Part shown: positions 62,089 through 64,000 of the stretch, piece after piece
Position numbering within the stretch: position 1 is the stretch's first letter
Layout of the letters: each line of letters begins with the position of its first letter
NCBI GenBank assembly: GCA_963805975.1
Contig: CAWDVR010000003.1
Span: 576,001 to 640,000 of the forward strand
From: an uncultured Acidobacteriota bacterium
Lineage (GTDB): Bacteria; Acidobacteriota; Thermoanaerobaculia; Multivoradales; SZUA-115
Reading direction: 5' to 3'
DNA: 64,000 bases
The notes under the pieces: generated by a model
Databases searched by the model: none
The model's input: only the letters and a program-made list of their open reading frames with translations
What the model was told of the DNA's origin: nothing
Position numbers and translations under genes: made by a program

Positions 62089-63180
62089 ATGTCCAATCCT
62101 CTCGAAACGAAAGTCTGGGACACGCTGCGTGGTGTCAAGTTCCCGGGGATGAGCCGGGACGTGGTGTCCTTCGGCTTCGTCAAGGGCGTGCGCGTCGACG
62201 GCGGCGCCGTGGCCGTGGACCTCCACCTCGCCACCGCCAACCACGAGGCCGCCGGGGCTCTGAAGGGCGAGGTCGAGCGCGCCCTGGCCGCGCTGCCGGG
62301 CGTCGGCTCGGTCAGCATCAAGATGTCGGTGGCCCAGCCGGTCAAACCCGAAGAGGCCGCGCAGCGCGCCGTGGCGCGGAGCTCCGAGCTCCTCCCAGGC
62401 GTGTCCCAGGTGGTGGCCGTGGCGAGCGGCAAGGGCGGCGTCGGCAAGTCGACCGTCGCCGCCAACCTTGCCGTCACCCTGGGCCGCATGGGCTTCCAGG
62501 TGGGGCTGCTCGACGCCGATATCTACGGCCCCTCGGTGCCGATGATGTTCGGCATCACCGACAAGCCGACCATCGACGGCCAGCGCAACCGCATCCTGCC
62601 CTTCGTCAAGCACGGCATCCGGGTCATGTCGCTGGGTTTCGTGCTCGACGCCGACACGCCGGTCATCTGGCGCGGGCCGATGGTGATGAAGGCCCTCGAG
62701 CAGATGCTGACCGACGTCGAGTGGGGCGTGCTCGACTACCTGGTGGTGGACCTGCCGCCCGGCACCGGCGACGTCCAGCTCACCCTGACGCAGAAGGTGC
62801 CGCTCTCCGGCGCGGTGATCGTCACCACGCCGCAGGACGTGGCCCTGATCGACGCCCGCAAGGGCCTCGCCATGTTCCGCAAGGTGAACGTGCCGGTGGT
62901 GGGCATCGTGGAGAACATGTCGGGCTTCGTCTGCCCCCATTGCGGCGAGCGCACCGACATCTTCAAAGAGGGCGGCGGGCGGCGGACGGCCGAGCTGCTT
63001 TCGACACCCTTCCTGGGCGCCGTGCCGCTCGACCCCAAGATCGCGCTGGGCGGCGACGCCGGCGAGCCGATCGTGCTGACGGACGGCGGGCACGCCGACG
63101 CGTTTCGCGCCATCGCCGAGCAGGTGATCGCCGAGATCGCGCGCCACGAGGCCGAGCGGCCGGAGCTGGTGATCCACTAG
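62089..63180 (+). CDS. apbC: Mrp/NBP35 (ApbC) Fe-S cluster carrier ATPase
   Basis: SGKGGVGKST, DADIYGPS, WRGPM, DLPPGTGD and ENMS..CPHC. Confidence 0.93.
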   Translation: MSNPLETKVWDTLRGVKFPGMSRDVVSFGFVKGVRVDGGAVAVDLHLATANHEAAGALKGEVERALAALPGVGSVSIKMSVAQPVKPEEAAQRAVARSSELLPGVSQVVAVASGKGGVGKSTVAANLAVTLGRMGFQVGLLDADIYGPSVPMMFGITDKPTIDGQRNRILPFVKHGIRVMSLGFVLDADTPVIWRGPMVMKALEQMLTDVEWGVLDYLVVDLPPGTGDVQLTLTQKVPLSGAVIVTTPQDVALIDARKGLAMFRKVNVPVVGIVENMSGFVCPHCGERTDIFKEGGGRRTAELLSTPFLGAVPLDPKIALGGDAGEPIVLTDGGHADAFRAIAEQVIAEIARHEAERPELVIH

Positions 63181-63185
63181 CGCCC

Positions 63186-63875
63186 ATGCCTGCCGGGGCC
63201 TCGCGCGTCGCGATCATCGCCGATGCCCACATCGGCGGCCCCGGCGGGCCGGCCGAGACCTTGATCCGCCAGCTCGAAGATCTGCCACGGCAGGGCTGCC
63301 TGCGCCTGCTGCTCCTGGGCGACATCTTCCAGGCCTGGATCGGCTTCCGTCGCTTCGAGACGGCGGAGATCGCGGCCGTGGTGCCGGTGCTCCGCGAGCT
63401 CCGCCGGCAGGGCCTGCGGATCGACTACCTGGAGGGCAACCGCGATTTCTTCCTCGCCGGCAGCCGGTACGCCGACTGCTTCGATTTCGTCGGTGACGAG
63501 GTGGCCTTCGAAGCCGGTGGCCGCCGCTACCTCGCGGTCCACGGCGACGGTTTGAACGACGCCGACCGTGCCTATCTCTTCTGGCGTTGGCTGTCGAAGA
63601 ACCGAACCAGCCGCTTCTTCGCCAACCGGATTCCGCGGCGACTGGCGCGGCGCCTCGTCCACTCGACCGAGGAGCGCCTGTCGAAGACCAACTTCAAGCA
63701 CAAGGTGCGCATCCCGGAGGCGGCGATCCGGGCCTACGGCGAACGGCGCCTTGCGGAGGGGCACGACGTGCTGCTTCTCGGTCATTTCCACGAGCCCCGG
63801 ACCTGGCAGGTGCCCGGCGGCGAGATCCGCCTGCTCGAGGCATGGTTCACCAGCCGGCAGGTGGAGTGGGTGTAG
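63186..63875 (+). CDS. lpxH: UDP-2,3-diacylglucosamine hydrolase-like metallophosphoesterase
   Basis: DAH, GDIF..W, GNRDF, HGD and GHFH. Confidence 0.82.
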   Translation: MPAGASRVAIIADAHIGGPGGPAETLIRQLEDLPRQGCLRLLLLGDIFQAWIGFRRFETAEIAAVVPVLRELRRQGLRIDYLEGNRDFFLAGSRYADCFDFVGDEVAFEAGGRRYLAVHGDGLNDADRAYLFWRWLSKNRTSRFFANRIPRRLARRLVHSTEERLSKTNFKHKVRIPEAAIRAYGERRLAEGHDVLLLGHFHEPRTWQVPGGEIRLLEAWFTSRQVEWV

Positions 63876-63929
63876 GGGCGGACCGCGGCGCACAGCCGTG
63901 AGCCCCGACACCGATATACACTTCCCACA

Positions 63930-64000
63930 ATGCCCGTGATCGATCGATTGCGCTCCGGAGCGGCGGGCTCGGACGGGCCGCTGCCCATCCCGGCGGGCGC
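63930..64000 (+). CDS. Possible start of a gene running off the window
   Basis: ATG 7 nt after a TACACT -10-like box; frame open to the edge; too short to identify. Confidence 0.35.
   Translation, partial: MPVIDRLRSGAAGSDGPLPIPAG

Overview
A 64 kb window of a very GC-rich bacterial chromosome. The gene content (VWFA-related proteins, GWxTD protein, TPR-sulfatase, FG-GAP/ASPIC-UnbV proteins, MlaDEF, LpxH) looks like a diderm Acidobacteriota/Thermoanaerobaculia-like organism; this taxonomy is an inference. I can support about 55 genes. Most long ORFs in the supplied track are antisense or shifted-frame shadows caused by high GC. I saw no rRNA, tRNA, CRISPR array, transposase or prophage. Highlights: (1) a translationally coupled operon of a divergent class I HMG-CoA-reductase homolog, a CrtI-like FAD oxidoreductase and two secreted FG-GAP/ASPIC-UnbV proteins, divergent from a nitrilase-family amidase, with no other mevalonate genes in the window; (2) a SelW/Rdx selenoprotein missed by the ORF track (CVVU, in-frame TGA, GGUCU-loop SECIS hairpin); (3) an archaeal-type (class II) GAPDH homolog preceded by a small 4-Cys protein; (4) a ClpX-like ATPase without the Zn domain, GYVG pore loop or IGF loop; (5) tandem NrdR boxes between two divergent AdoCbl enzymes; (6) many apparently leaderless genes; (7) REP-like palindromes, one inside a coding sequence; (8) three single-base frameshifts that are most likely assembly errors. 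All protein assignments were made by eye from motifs, with no database searches.
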